Assembly (NCBI GenBank): GCA_018238545.1
Contig: JABCTC010000013.1
Span: 1,719 to 65,718, forward strand
DNA: 64,000 bases
From: Candidatus Heimdallarchaeota archaeon
Lineage (GTDB): Archaea > Asgardarchaeota > Heimdallarchaeia > Heimdallarchaeales > Heimdallarchaeaceae
Direction of reading: 5' to 3'
A program made the position numbers and the translations under genes. Of the stretch, positions 47,870-58,451 are shown piece after piece; position 1 is the first letter of the stretch; the number at the start of each line of letters is the position of its first letter. The notes under the pieces were generated by a model. The model had not been told where the DNA came from and searched no databases. It saw nothing but the letters and a program-made list of their open reading frames with translations.

Positions 47870-49248
47870 GATGCTCGCCTCATTGCTTCTTGAACCAGTC
47901 TCTGTGTTGGAGAATATTTTTTCATTAATCTGAATAATGATAGGATGATATTATCGTCATATCCAAATACATCCACATAATCTCCACGAATTGAATACAG
48001 GAGTTGACGTAATTCAATTTCCCTCTTTCTATATTCATCACTCACAATACTTGGAAAAACATCTTGTAATATTTCTCCATAATTCATATCTTCTGTCCTA
48101 TCCAACATCCAATCTTGTGAGGATAAGATATTGAAATGCATGGTAGCAAAATTAACAAAAATCACCCTACTCCCCATGGTTTGGAGAAGATGTATGCCTT
48201 GCAGTTTTTTTACTAAATCTCCTTCTAAATCCGAAAATATTATAGCGATAGAATGCAAAACATTATTGTTTTTGGTAAATTTAACAGCGTTAAGGAAACT
48301 ACTATGAACACCAGTAGCTTCAATATCATATAGGTTGAGCATAAGTCTTAGCTCATGTTTTCCTACTTGTGGTATTATGTATTTTTGCACATTTTCGGAA
48401 TAAGCAACCACGGCCAAATCATGATTGGTGCCTTTAATCAGCGAACATAATTCTACTACTGAAGATAACGCGTACTCGAACTTGGGTCCAAACATTGTAC
48501 TGCTAAGATCCAGATAAATCAAGAAGTGCAAGTTTCTTTGGTCTTCAAATTCTCTTGAAATCAATTTATCATGTCTCGCAGTTGCATACCAATCAATATG
48601 TTTTAGTTGATCTCCGGGTAAATAATCTCGAAGCGCAAAAAATTCATCACCTCGTCCCTTTACTCTTTGAGCAAATTCATGAACCATTTTCAACAATAGT
48701 TCTTTCTTTGTCTTCCATGGAATATTAATACGCGGCCTCTGTGGCAGTATCTTGATTTGTTGTGTATCTTTCAGTATTCGCTTATGTTTGAAGAGATACT
48801 GGAATGAACCAACGGAAATTTCAATAGGACCAATTTCTCCATTTCCTCTTCTAGAGGCAAGCAATAACCAAACAATTTTCGTCTTCTTTTGTGGAAGTAA
48901 TTTGATTAGTATTGTCTCTGGTTTGTCTATACTCTTAAAATGGAATGAAAAACGAAGACTAATTTTCGTGAGAATTGTTCTTCTAGATGGGTTTGTCAAT
49001 TCAACTGCTACAGCTAATAAACCTCTACTTCTCATAAAATCCTTTGAACAACTCATTTTTGTATTGAAAGAATAAGTATGTGAAAATATGAAAGAAATAA
49101 AAGTGGAAGTAATAACTACTAAGAATAAAACACCAGGAACTATAAGAAGTAAAGTATCTATTGCTAAGCCTATTATCACAAATAGACTACCGAATAGAAT
49201 GAAAATTTTACCATTCTTTGTAAGTTCAAAGTGTCTTTCTTCTTCCAT
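47866..49248 (-). CDS. DUF58 (vWA-like) protein with N-terminal TM hairpin
   Basis: RVKGRGDEFFALRDYLPGDQLKHIDWYATARHDKLISREFEDQRNLHFLIYLDLSSTM. Confidence 0.65.
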   Translation of the reverse strand: MEEERHFELTKNGKIFILFGSLFVIIGLAIDTLLLIVPGVLFLVVITSTFISFIFSHTYSFNTKMSCSKDFMRSRGLLAVAVELTNPSRRTILTKISLRFSFHFKSIDKPETILIKLLPQKKTKIVWLLLASRRGNGEIGPIEISVGSFQYLFKHKRILKDTQQIKILPQRPRINIPWKTKKELLLKMVHEFAQRVKGRGDEFFALRDYLPGDQLKHIDWYATARHDKLISREFEDQRNLHFLIYLDLSSTMFGPKFEYALSSVVELCSLIKGTNHDLAVVAYSENVQKYIIPQVGKHELRLMLNLYDIEATGVHSSFLNAVKFTKNNNVLHSIAIIFSDLEGDLVKKLQGIHLLQTMGSRVIFVNFATMHFNILSSQDWMLDRTEDMNYGEILQDVFPSIVSDEYRKREIELRQLLYSIRGDYVDVFGYDDNIILSLFRLMKKYSPTQRLVQEAMRRAS

Positions 49249-49269
49249 TTGAAATCTCTGCCTTTTGTT

Positions 49270-50214
49270 TCATATCACAACTTCTACATCTGAAAGAATA
49301 TTTTCAATAATCTCAGAAATTCGGATTTGTTCGATTTCTGCCTCTGGAGAGAGCATCAATCTATGGTTCATAACAGGATAGAATATAGATTTGATATCAT
49401 CAGGTTCAACAAAATCTCTCCCCCTAATTGCAGCAATAGACCGACTCAAAGTAAGTAAAGCTATTGAACCCCTTGGACTTGCTCCAAGTGCTAAGGAAGG
49501 AATCGAACGTGTTGCAATTACTAGTTTTGCAATATACTCAAGAATCTGGTTACTTACAGTTACGTTTTTCTCAATTTCTGTTATTAATTTGAGAATGGTT
49601 TTTTGATCAGTAACTATCTCAATATCTGCAAACATCTTTTCTCTCTTTTTAACAAGCATCTCAACTTCTCCATTAAGAGAAGGAGGATAAACAGGAATCT
49701 TAACTAAAAATCTATCAATCTGAGCTTCTGGAAGAGGATAGACTCCTGTACTTTCGATTGGGTTCTGAGTTGCTATAACCATAAATGGTTCCGGAAGCTT
49801 GAACGTTTGATTACCTGAAGAAACTTGTTTCTCCTGCATTGCTTCTAACAAAGCTGATTGTGTTTTGGGTGGCGCTCTGTTTATTTCATCTGTAAGTAGT
49901 ATACTGGTGAAAACTGGTCCTTCAATGAATCTAAAGGAACTTGTTTCTCTTTCGTATATGTTACCTCCTGTGATATCAGCTGGCATCAAATCGCTTGTAA
50001 ACTGAATTCTTTTGAAACCCATTTTGATAACTTCAGCTAAAGTACTAGCCATCAATGTTTTTGCTATTCCCGGGACACCTTCTAGCAGAACGTGTCCTTC
50101 ACTTAGAAGAGAAGCAAACATCAGTTCGATAACATTTTCATTACCCACTATTCGTTTTTTCATTTGTTCCATTATTTTTTCAAAAATATCTTTTGCTTCT
50201 TGCACTTTTGTCAT
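49270..50214 (-). CDS. MoxR-family AAA+ ATPase (paralog)
   Basis: LLEGVPGIAKT, ILLTDEINRAPPKTQSALLEAMQEKQVS, DRFLVK. Confidence 0.85.
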   Translation of the reverse strand: MTKVQEAKDIFEKIMEQMKKRIVGNENVIELMFASLLSEGHVLLEGVPGIAKTLMASTLAEVIKMGFKRIQFTSDLMPADITGGNIYERETSSFRFIEGPVFTSILLTDEINRAPPKTQSALLEAMQEKQVSSGNQTFKLPEPFMVIATQNPIESTGVYPLPEAQIDRFLVKIPVYPPSLNGEVEMLVKKREKMFADIEIVTDQKTILKLITEIEKNVTVSNQILEYIAKLVIATRSIPSLALGASPRGSIALLTLSRSIAAIRGRDFVEPDDIKSIFYPVMNHRLMLSPEAEIEQIRISEIIENILSDVEVVI

Positions 50215-51497
50215 TTAAATCGTCCTCTTTTTTGTATCTCTTCAAGCATTTTGAAGAGTGAAAGGAAAGTTTTTTGATCTAATTTCCTTTTAAACGCTAT
50301 TTCGAATAACTCTTTTTCCTCCTCTGTGAATTTCTCCAATTGAATATAACTTGCCTTTTTTGTAAGATAATACTGATACGCTTTCTTAGGATAAAGCTCA
50401 TACTGGAAATACAAGTTTGATAGAAACTGTTCTTCAATCGTTGGTTTTATTGGAGATCCATAAGTATCGTACAACTCCCTCTCCCTTGACCAGATCCTAT
50501 CTGATAAAAATTTCTTATAAGTTTCCTTTGGTTTGAATGTTTCTCTAAATCTTGGAGTGAAATAATATAATGTTAAAACAACCAAAACAAGTAAGAAAAT
50601 AAAGACTTGTGTTTTTGATAACAGAATTATTGTTCCATAAGATTGGTTAATCATCCCCTCAGTTGTTGAAAAGGGCCATCTTTTATGACTTTCCTCAAAA
50701 CAGACAAGTCTTTCTTCTCCTGAAGAATAATACCCAATAAGATAGAGTGCGAGATTAATATTCCCAAAACCTTGACTATAAAGATCGTTAGTTAGAAAAC
50801 TTGGAGAAGAAATAACAATAACGAATCCAAGCCCTCTTTTGAGAACTGTACCTACTTGCAAACTTGCTGTAGGTTCAGAATCAATATTCCAAATACCATC
50901 TTGGCTCTCGTCTAGAAATGCGGTGCTATAGGTACTTATCCCAAGGAGTTCTGTCTGTGTTGAACTCTCTGCTATAAAAGACAGTTCTCTAGCTTCTATC
51001 ATGCATAGGCTAGTGTTTGTTTCAATTGGTGAATTTAACATTATTATTTCTGGTGTTTTATAATAATAGGTTGTTTCTAATATGGTTGAACTAGAAAGAA
51101 AAACTCCGAAGTGTTTTGCTAGAATATTGGTAGGACCAGAGCCAGCCAATATTACTGCTAAACCCCCCTGTAAAATAAAACCATCTATTGCTAATATTTC
51201 TGAATCCCGATAGTTCTTTGAGCCCCCAGCTATAATAAGAGTTGATGATTTTGGAAGTTTAATAATAGGGTCTGTTGATAATATCGTTCTTGTAGTATTG
51301 TAACCAGATTCAAGAAGTAAACTATTGAAATATGACATTCCACCAGGTCCTGTATTGTTTATAGAATATGGAGGTTGTCCGCTTGTGATGTTGATACTAA
51401 GGGGGAGAATGATTACTAAGAATATTAGTAAGGTTTGGATAAGCATTTTGAACAATGGAGAATATTTCTTTGAAAATATAACAGGTGTAAGCTTCAT
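50211..51497 (-). CDS. DUF4350-like membrane protein (paralog of 35950..37758)
   Basis: Same TM-ectodomain-TM-cytoplasmic-tail architecture. Shared motif block with the operon A copy. Confidence 0.5.
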   Translation of the reverse strand: MKLTPVIFSKKYSPLFKMLIQTLLIFLVIILPLSINITSGQPPYSINNTGPGGMSYFNSLLLESGYNTTRTILSTDPIIKLPKSSTLIIAGGSKNYRDSEILAIDGFILQGGLAVILAGSGPTNILAKHFGVFLSSSTILETTYYYKTPEIIMLNSPIETNTSLCMIEARELSFIAESSTQTELLGISTYSTAFLDESQDGIWNIDSEPTASLQVGTVLKRGLGFVIVISSPSFLTNDLYSQGFGNINLALYLIGYYSSGEERLVCFEESHKRWPFSTTEGMINQSYGTIILLSKTQVFIFLLVLVVLTLYYFTPRFRETFKPKETYKKFLSDRIWSRERELYDTYGSPIKPTIEEQFLSNLYFQYELYPKKAYQYYLTKKASYIQLEKFTEEEKELFEIAFKRKLDQKTFLSLFKMLEEIQKRGRFK

Positions 51498-52288
51498 TGT
51501 TCATCTTCCTCGCTAATTCGTTGAATAATTTCGATATCTGTTTGAGCCGCACTCAAACCTTTTACTGCTTCAAGATCTCTGATGAAATCCAACAAATCTT
51601 TCCTTTTCATCTGTTGTTTTTTATATCTTGCAACATAGAAAGTTTGTATCATTGAATTTAAGTAGGGAAGAATATTTGGCAAATCAAGTGACTTTGCAAA
51701 TTCCTTGGGTGTAAGGTAAGTTTCTCTGCTTATCCCTAGAATTTTCTTCATGTTCTCATCAAGTTGATGATAACCGAAAATTATACCTTCCGTATATTTT
51801 CCTTCTCTCAAATATTCTCTAAGTACTTCCGTAAGTGTTCTTATTTGTGTTCTGAATTTTTCTCTTCGAGATTGAAGTGTACTTCCTGTAACAATGGATC
51901 TAGGCGCAGACCTAGTTTCCTCAGTCTTTCTTCTAAGAAATAGAAAAACGATTATGAGTACTATAATTACTGCAACAGTTATGGGAATAACTTGAGCGGG
52001 GACAAGTCCCTCACTTCCACCTTGTGGATTATTGGGTGGAACAGTAGGAGTATTAGTTGGATATGGGGGAGTAGAGGGGTCAGTTGTAAGAGGGTCTGTT
52101 GTGGGGGCAGGAGGAGAGAAAGAAGTGGTAGAAAGCGTACTTATAGAATAATCATCGATACCGTAGTATGTTTCTTGAGTACTGTTTACTAAGATAAATA
52201 TTAGTATACAAGCGAGAATTATAAACAACCTAATATTAATAAATTTCTTGAAATCAATCTTCACTTGTATCACCTTTTTGAACTTCAT
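51494..52288 (-). CDS. DUF4129-like protein with N-terminal TM and Pro/Thr-rich linker
   Basis: TM, then PPAPTTDPLTTDPSTPPYPTNTPTVPPNNP linker, second TM, C-terminal ...IQTFYVARYKKQQMKRKDLLDFIRDLE. Confidence 0.5.
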   Translation of the reverse strand: MKFKKVIQVKIDFKKFINIRLFIILACILIFILVNSTQETYYGIDDYSISTLSTTSFSPPAPTTDPLTTDPSTPPYPTNTPTVPPNNPQGGSEGLVPAQVIPITVAVIIVLIIVFLFLRRKTEETRSAPRSIVTGSTLQSRREKFRTQIRTLTEVLREYLREGKYTEGIIFGYHQLDENMKKILGISRETYLTPKEFAKSLDLPNILPYLNSMIQTFYVARYKKQQMKRKDLLDFIRDLEAVKGLSAAQTDIEIIQRISEEDEQ

Positions 52289-53258
52289 CTATTACTAGTT
52301 TGCTTTGACGAAGGAAAGCGTAAATTTTGCACAAAGGCCAATATCTGCTTATGCACACTTGATACTTATGAGCTGCTGTAAGATATCCCAAATAAGCGCA
52401 TCTTCCATCTTCATAATATATACAAGTATCAGTTTTTACTCTCCTTAGGATTAAATTAACTGTTCTATTCAGATAGACCATCGATAAAGCACTAAATTGT
52501 CTTTCGCTTCTTTTTGGAGGTTCGTCCAGATCGAAGATTGTTTTAACAGACAATGGCATATCTGGCAAAAGAAGATGTGAGTAAGACACCTTTGAACCTT
52601 TCTTGGTCGTTGATATACCAGATAGAAGTTTACCTAACTGAATACCAATTGCACCTCCAAGTCCACTTACTATTGTTAGCGAAAATGCAAAGATGATCAG
52701 AAAGCCTAAGAAGTAATTACTTGCGAAGAATGCGGAGACATTTGTAGAGCCTAATGAAGTAAATAGAACTATTTGAGAGAGGTAAAGAAGAATAAAAAAG
52801 AGAAGAGAAAAAACAACAGTTGGAATGATGAGATCGTGAGCTTCTTCTCTCCACATAATTCCTACAATTATACCAGAAAGGAGAAAGGGGATGAAAGCTG
52901 TAATCATATAATTTGTGATTAATTCGAAAGCGTCTGTTCCTTCAAACGCAAATGTAAAGGGTAGAATCAAAATGGTATCAGGAGACCAAATAACAGTAGT
53001 TATAGTGAAAAGCTTCTGGAGTATATGATAAAGGACACCAAAAAATATCGAAAAACCATATCCAATTGCCATGTAAGTTGAGATTCTTAGAATAAGTTTT
53101 GTGATATACTCACGTTTTCCGCTATTTTTTAGATGAGGAAAAACCAATTTGAACATTACTCCCCTTAAAGTCATCTTGAGGGGAGGGGTACCTCCTTCAA
53201 CCTTTGGACCACGATCAACAGGAAGGGGAGGGCGTCGGCTAATTACCATATTATTCAC
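52254..53258 (-). CDS. membrane protein with C-terminal Cys-cluster
   Basis: ~6 TM. C-terminal CIYYEDGRCAYLGYL...CISRYWPLC. Confidence 0.45.
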   Translation of the reverse strand: MNNMVISRRPPLPVDRGPKVEGGTPPLKMTLRGVMFKLVFPHLKNSGKREYITKLILRISTYMAIGYGFSIFFGVLYHILQKLFTITTVIWSPDTILILPFTFAFEGTDAFELITNYMITAFIPFLLSGIIVGIMWREEAHDLIIPTVVFSLLFFILLYLSQIVLFTSLGSTNVSAFFASNYFLGFLIIFAFSLTIVSGLGGAIGIQLGKLLSGISTTKKGSKVSYSHLLLPDMPLSVKTIFDLDEPPKRSERQFSALSMVYLNRTVNLILRRVKTDTCIYYEDGRCAYLGYLTAAHKYQVCISRYWPLCKIYAFLRQSKLVIDEVQKGDTSED

Positions 53259-54959
53259 CTATAAAATTACCAATCTTACTCCTTTTGATGTTTTTAATAG
53301 GAAGTAAACACTTGCAGAAACTAATACAAGTGTGCATAACATACCTATGATTCCATAGACCATATGTAAGATAGTGATTATCAAAAGTAATGAAAAAACT
53401 ATCATATACAAAGAGGTCACGATTATTGATATAGCGACAATTGAAAGAAGGTTTATTGAACTTATAATAGCTTTCACTCTATTCTTTTTGTATCTGTGCC
53501 ATACCACGGTTACGAATATTGCAATTATAATAGAAAGTAAGAATAGAGTATAACCAAGGAAAGATACTGTATCTTCAATAGTTGCAAATGTAAAAATAAA
53601 ACTTATTAACATCCCAACAGCCAGAATACGAGTAAACCCAACTGCGATTGATGAGTAAAATGGTGGAGAGGAGGAACTCATCTTTTCATATAATGCATCA
53701 ACTTCTGTTCCACAGGACCAGCAAATACGTGTAAATGACGGCAGTACTTGATTGCAATTTCGACACTGTATTTTAGGGAAGGACCAACAATTCAGACAAA
53801 ATTGACCATTATATACTGGTGTTCGGCATTGTGAACACACCATTAAATTAGTTTTTTCATCATAAAGAGGTTCTATTTCTTTCATTTTCTCAAGATTTTC
53901 CTTTGAATGATGTAACTGAGATGAAGTATCTGAACATTCTTTCCCAATGTGTTGAGTAAAACATTTAGGACAAAAGCTAGGGACATAAAAAATTACCACC
54001 AAAATAAATATCCCAAACAAAGCATAAGATAAAATCCCTAGGATGGAATAGATTAGCGACACGGTTTCCACATTTGTGTTAAATTTTGTATTGTAATTCC
54101 ACAAACTATGGATAAAAATGCTTAGAGCTAGAAACAGTATAACTACTATAGCTCTCGTGAATTTTGGAAGCTTATTGCGATATAAGAATGCCAACCCTAA
54201 ACCTGTAGCAGCCAACATAGTTGTTACAGTGTGTAAAGGGTAGATGCATCGTTTAAGAACTAATAAATCAATAACTGTTTCAGGTGAAGAAGATCGAGAA
54301 TAGGAAAGAAATTGTTCAAATAAATCAAACCAAGCTCCAAAAAAACCACCTACAATAACAAAAATTCTGAATGAGGGGGTAAGCCTAGTGTGAATCGATC
54401 GTTTAGAGTTGAGATTCAATCTTACATAGTTTCCTAGCAAGATAATTATGGGGAAAATCTTAGCTATTTCTTCAACTATAGGGATAATAAATACGTAGAA
54501 GATATAATGTATGATATGATACACTTCAGGAAATGAATCTATCGATGAGAAAAACCCAGAAATAATGGAAACTAGAGTAAAAGACTTGTTCTCTATGACT
54601 ACAGCAAAATAAGCTGAAAGAACCCCCATCACCAAGAGAAGAGAAAAGAGTTTCTTAATTAATTTGGTTTCAAGTTGAGTGCTTGTTATACTAAATAGTA
54701 AATAAAGGCAGGCTACCCAAAGAATGAAGAATACAATAATTAGGAGAATTATAAGAATTGGAAAATAGATAGAAGTTTCATATTTAATAACAAAAGTTAC
54801 TAGGAAATAAGCCAGAATTGCTATTACAGCTAAAATTGAGATTTTAGCTAGTGTTGAGAAACTCAAGATGCGTTTGTGTATTGGTTCAACAATTAACAAA
54901 TCTTCAACTGAAGGAACTGATTTTTTTTTCTTAGCTGAAATATGAATCATTGTTTCCAA
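53259..54959 (-). CDS. polytopic membrane protein with internal multi-zinc-ribbon cytoplasmic insert (first gene of operon B)
   Basis: >=10 TM helices. Insert CPKCFTQHIGKEC ... CSQCRTPVYNGQFCLNCW ... CRNCNQVLPSFTRICWSCG (three to four CxxC pairs). Confidence 0.55.
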   Translation of the reverse strand: METMIHISAKKKKSVPSVEDLLIVEPIHKRILSFSTLAKISILAVIAILAYFLVTFVIKYETSIYFPILIILLIIVFFILWVACLYLLFSITSTQLETKLIKKLFSLLLVMGVLSAYFAVVIENKSFTLVSIISGFFSSIDSFPEVYHIIHYIFYVFIIPIVEEIAKIFPIIILLGNYVRLNLNSKRSIHTRLTPSFRIFVIVGGFFGAWFDLFEQFLSYSRSSSPETVIDLLVLKRCIYPLHTVTTMLAATGLGLAFLYRNKLPKFTRAIVVILFLALSIFIHSLWNYNTKFNTNVETVSLIYSILGILSYALFGIFILVVIFYVPSFCPKCFTQHIGKECSDTSSQLHHSKENLEKMKEIEPLYDEKTNLMVCSQCRTPVYNGQFCLNCWSFPKIQCRNCNQVLPSFTRICWSCGTEVDALYEKMSSSSPPFYSSIAVGFTRILAVGMLISFIFTFATIEDTVSFLGYTLFLLSIIIAIFVTVVWHRYKKNRVKAIISSINLLSIVAISIIVTSLYMIVFSLLLIITILHMVYGIIGMLCTLVLVSASVYFLLKTSKGVRLVIL

Positions 54960-55118
54960 CTCTTTTTCTTTTATAGGTTCATAGCTTATTTAGAGAAATG
55001 TCATCTTCGCGTCTAAGGTCAGTAATATTAAACACTTAAAACCTTTTATGCAAATCATAGCTATCACTAAGAAAATAAAAATAGGTAGAAGAACTAGTTC
55101 GTCTTCTTATCATTTTGT

Positions 55119-55367
55119 TTATTCTATTAATGCTGCTTCTGTTATATCACCTATTCCTTTGAAAAGGAAGAATATGAATATAATTGCTGCAGCTACGAAG
55201 ATGCCTAACAGTGCAAACACTGGTAGTGGGCCATCGGCGTAGGCTATGCCCCCTGGCACTTGTCGTAAATCTGCTAATGATAACGAAAGAAGCATTGCTC
55301 CCATTGATATTGTCAATGGAACAAAATAGAATAAAGTTATTTTTAGAGCTTGTAGTATTTTTACCAA
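55119..55367 (-). CDS. possible small membrane protein (82 aa)
   Basis: Two predicted TM helices. No other support. Confidence 0.3.
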   Translation of the reverse strand: MVKILQALKITLFYFVPLTISMGAMLLSLSLADLRQVPGGIAYADGPLPVFALLGIFVAAAIIFIFFLFKGIGDITEAALIE

Positions 55368-55506
55368 TTTAACGGCCTCTGGATAATCGTTATTATTTTT
55401 TCTCTTTTTATCTTTTAAACCTTTTTTTAATTCCCTAAAGGAAACAATTCATCATATCATTTGAATTGGCTAATGATAAAAGCTAAAGACGAATGAAAAG
55501 GAACAA

Positions 55507-56229
55507 TCAACTGTGTTTCTCTGTAAGAATTCTCATTTTTTCCTTAACTTCTTCAATTCTTCCTTGAGATCCTGCTAATTGATAATTTTGAAGGGCTTCA
55601 GAATAATGTTTCAAAGCTAGTTGAGGTTTCTCATCTTCAACAAAAAGAGCATTATAATAAGCTAGATGGGCTTTAATGACTGGTTTGTCAGAACCTCTTT
55701 CTCCCATGAGTTCAACCGCTTTTTTAAGAAAAACTTTTCTTCCGGAAATATTTTTCTCTGCTGCTGCACGAGAGATATATGATTTTGCTTTGCAATCAAG
55801 TTCTTCAGCCTTATTATCGATTCGTTGATAAGCAATTGCAGCTTGTTCAAAATGAGATGCAGCTTCAACAAAACGTTTTTCCTTCATAAGTTGTCCAGCA
55901 ATTACTCGCAAGATTTTTGCTTGTTGATGGAAAATTCTCTGATATTCCGCAATCAGACCTAAGCGATGGTAAAATCCACCTGATCTTCCTAAGTAATTCG
56001 CTGCTTCTAGCGCCTTGTTAAACTTAATAGCATCCATACCAAGATATTCATAGTGTAAAGCTTTTGCTAAATCTATCTGCTTTCTGTTCTCGTTTTGTTT
56101 GAAAATTTCTATAGCTTTTTCGGCATGTTCAGATGCTTCGCCATATTTTTTCTGTTGAGCCGCTAAACGTGCTTTTCCTAAACATTCGTTGGCTTTTTCG
56201 GCAGTAGATTTCTTTAACCCTTTAAACAA
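55507..56229 (-). CDS. TPR-repeat protein
   Basis: Repeated A/Y/L-rich 34-residue helical repeats (AxxYxxLG... patterns). Confidence 0.6.
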   Translation of the reverse strand: MFKGLKKSTAEKANECLGKARLAAQQKKYGEASEHAEKAIEIFKQNENRKQIDLAKALHYEYLGMDAIKFNKALEAANYLGRSGGFYHRLGLIAEYQRIFHQQAKILRVIAGQLMKEKRFVEAASHFEQAAIAYQRIDNKAEELDCKAKSYISRAAAEKNISGRKVFLKKAVELMGERGSDKPVIKAHLAYYNALFVEDEKPQLALKHYSEALQNYQLAGSQGRIEEVKEKMRILTEKHS

Positions 56230-56451
56230 AGAATTGCACCTCTCTGGTCTTAGTTGAGCAGCTGAAATATATCGCGGACAACTAATCTAGTTAAAAAACA
56301 GAAGAATATAAACGTTTGTTTAGTTTAAACCTAACCTAGTTAATCTTTGATTTCTGGTTCTTAAACAGCATTATTAAGACATTAACTATTGAAATAATCT
56401 ACGCACGTTATGAAACTTGGTTAGACTTGCCAAAGGCTTTCTAGCCGTCGT

Positions 56452-58451
56452 TTAAGTGTGTCCCCTCACATGCGTTGAGGGGAAGGAATCGTAGGAAAGG
56501 AGTGTACCAGTAAGGGAAGCGATATTCTTAGCTGCATTTGCATGAGAATCAACTCGCCGTCCACACTTCTTGCAGGGCGCAACATCATACTGACCAGATT
56601 GACGAGTAAGAACACCTTCACAACCATAATGGAGTTTGCTGGTGTAATAGGGAAGAACAGACTCTAACTGTACATCATAACCTAACTCCAAGGAAGCCAA
56701 CCATACAGCTTTCTTGTAGATGAACAAACTATCGGGCATGGTGTAGATGGCCTTAGCTGAAGCACCTTTAGTACCAGTAGAGGATCAACTGTGAGATGTT
56801 CAATCTTCAATTTTTTACACTTTTTTTTCACCATCACAGCTGCAAGAAAGTGAGGGAGAAGACGAGTAAGCTCGCGAAGAATCCTGTGACGGCGAGTATA
56901 GACGCGATTGAGTTCTCCTTTCAGTTTGCAACATCCGTGAACATCATACTCTTTACGTTTACGAAGTAATCCCCTGGTAAGTTCGGGAAGGACTTTATCA
57001 CTAAGGTGAGTATACTGTTCAGCCAATTGTAGTAAATCCTGAGGGAGAGGAATGGGTGTGTTAAACGCAACCATATACTGTCCTAAACAATTAATGTCTA
57101 CTCCAAGAATAGATAATGTTTTTCTAGGAACTTGTGCAACATAACGGTGAAGAAACATAGAAGAATGGAAACAAATATGTGTTCCTTCTAGTACCACATC
57201 TATCCTAGGTTTTAAACTAGGTTTTTGTCCACTACTTACTTGGAACACTTTGATGTGAGCACCATTCCTGATGTATTCATTAACCTTAGATGGATAGTGA
57301 ACCTGAGCATAAAGCTTCTTTTTTCCTTTTTGTGGAAAACCTAATTCTGTCCACCCTTGCTTTTTTATTTGTTTAGTTAACTCTTCTGCATTCCCTTGTC
57401 GGGTGATAACATAATCTTTTTTCATTAACAATTTTATTGGTATTCTTCCTTTCCTTTTTCGTTTAAATGGGAGGGGAACAACCTTAACTACAAGAAGACC
57501 TTTGAGTAACTGAGGGACACTCTGCATATAATGATCAAAGAGTGTGAAAACTATAATCAACCTAACTGCTGAAAAGAGTTTTCGGGAAGGCTTTCCTATT
57601 AGTTTAGCTAGTTGTTCGGAGAGAGACTTGAGACTTTTCCATCGAGACTTATGTGAACTGTTAATCCATGAGGTGAGAAATGGGACAACTGTCTTTTGTT
57701 CTTTCTTTAAGAGTTGAAGTTTGGCTAGAAATGCTTTCTGATTCTCTGTAAGCTGAGCTAAGAGGGGAAATTCATGGTTGTAGTAAGACAGTGCATCGTC
57801 AATTGCTTGGAGAACTTCAAGCTGAGTACATGTGGGGAGGAGAGCATTAAATTGTAAGAAGTCAGCGAAATAACTTATCTTGTGCTTCTTTCTCCAATAA
57901 GCGCCTGCTTGTAATCTAGTACTGGTAAGCAAGTTGATGATATACCTTCTTTTTAGTTGCCAATATTTCTCTAAACTACTTTCTGTATAAGGGGAACGAC
58001 CAAAAGTCACCCATTCTATCAATTGTTGAGGGTTCTTTACAAGAAAATTGAGTAAACCTTGAACTTTCTGTTCCTTATCTATCTTACCCTTAATAGCTAT
58101 GTATAGCCAATGGAAGGCACTTTCGGCTATATTTGGGCTTTTTCCCACTTCTTTACAGAGTTGGCGAGTGAAGAATCCTTCTTTAGGATTTGTTCTATAT
58201 AGTTCCACTGCTTTCTTTAAAACTTTGGGAGTAAGGAGAATATGTTGCCTTTCTTCAAGAGTTCTTATCCTCTGATTAATCTCTTCTCGTTGGGATTGAT
58301 CAACACATTTAAGCACTACTTGATAACTTCTCATCACTCTCTTTGAAGTGGAAGGAGAAAATTGTTTGTGGTTTGATGGTTGTTTGTGTGACCAATATCT
58401 CTCAGTTAGTATATCTGTAGAATGGTATTTAAACACGAAGAAAATTTTCAT
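56452..58451 (-). pseudogene. frameshifted TnpB / IS605-OrfB-like RuvC nuclease gene with ~350-aa N-terminal extension
   Basis: 589-aa ORF ends ...ILGVDINCLGQY (RuvC-I) ...RRHRILRELTRLLPHFLAAVMVKKK. A second-frame 95-aa ORF carries FIYKKAVWLASLELGYDVQLESVLPYYTSKLHYGCEG...CKKCGRRVDSHANAAKNIAS (TnpB C-terminal Zn-finger + RuvC-III). The frames meet near a T8/A8 homopolymer at ~56818. Confidence 0.6.
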
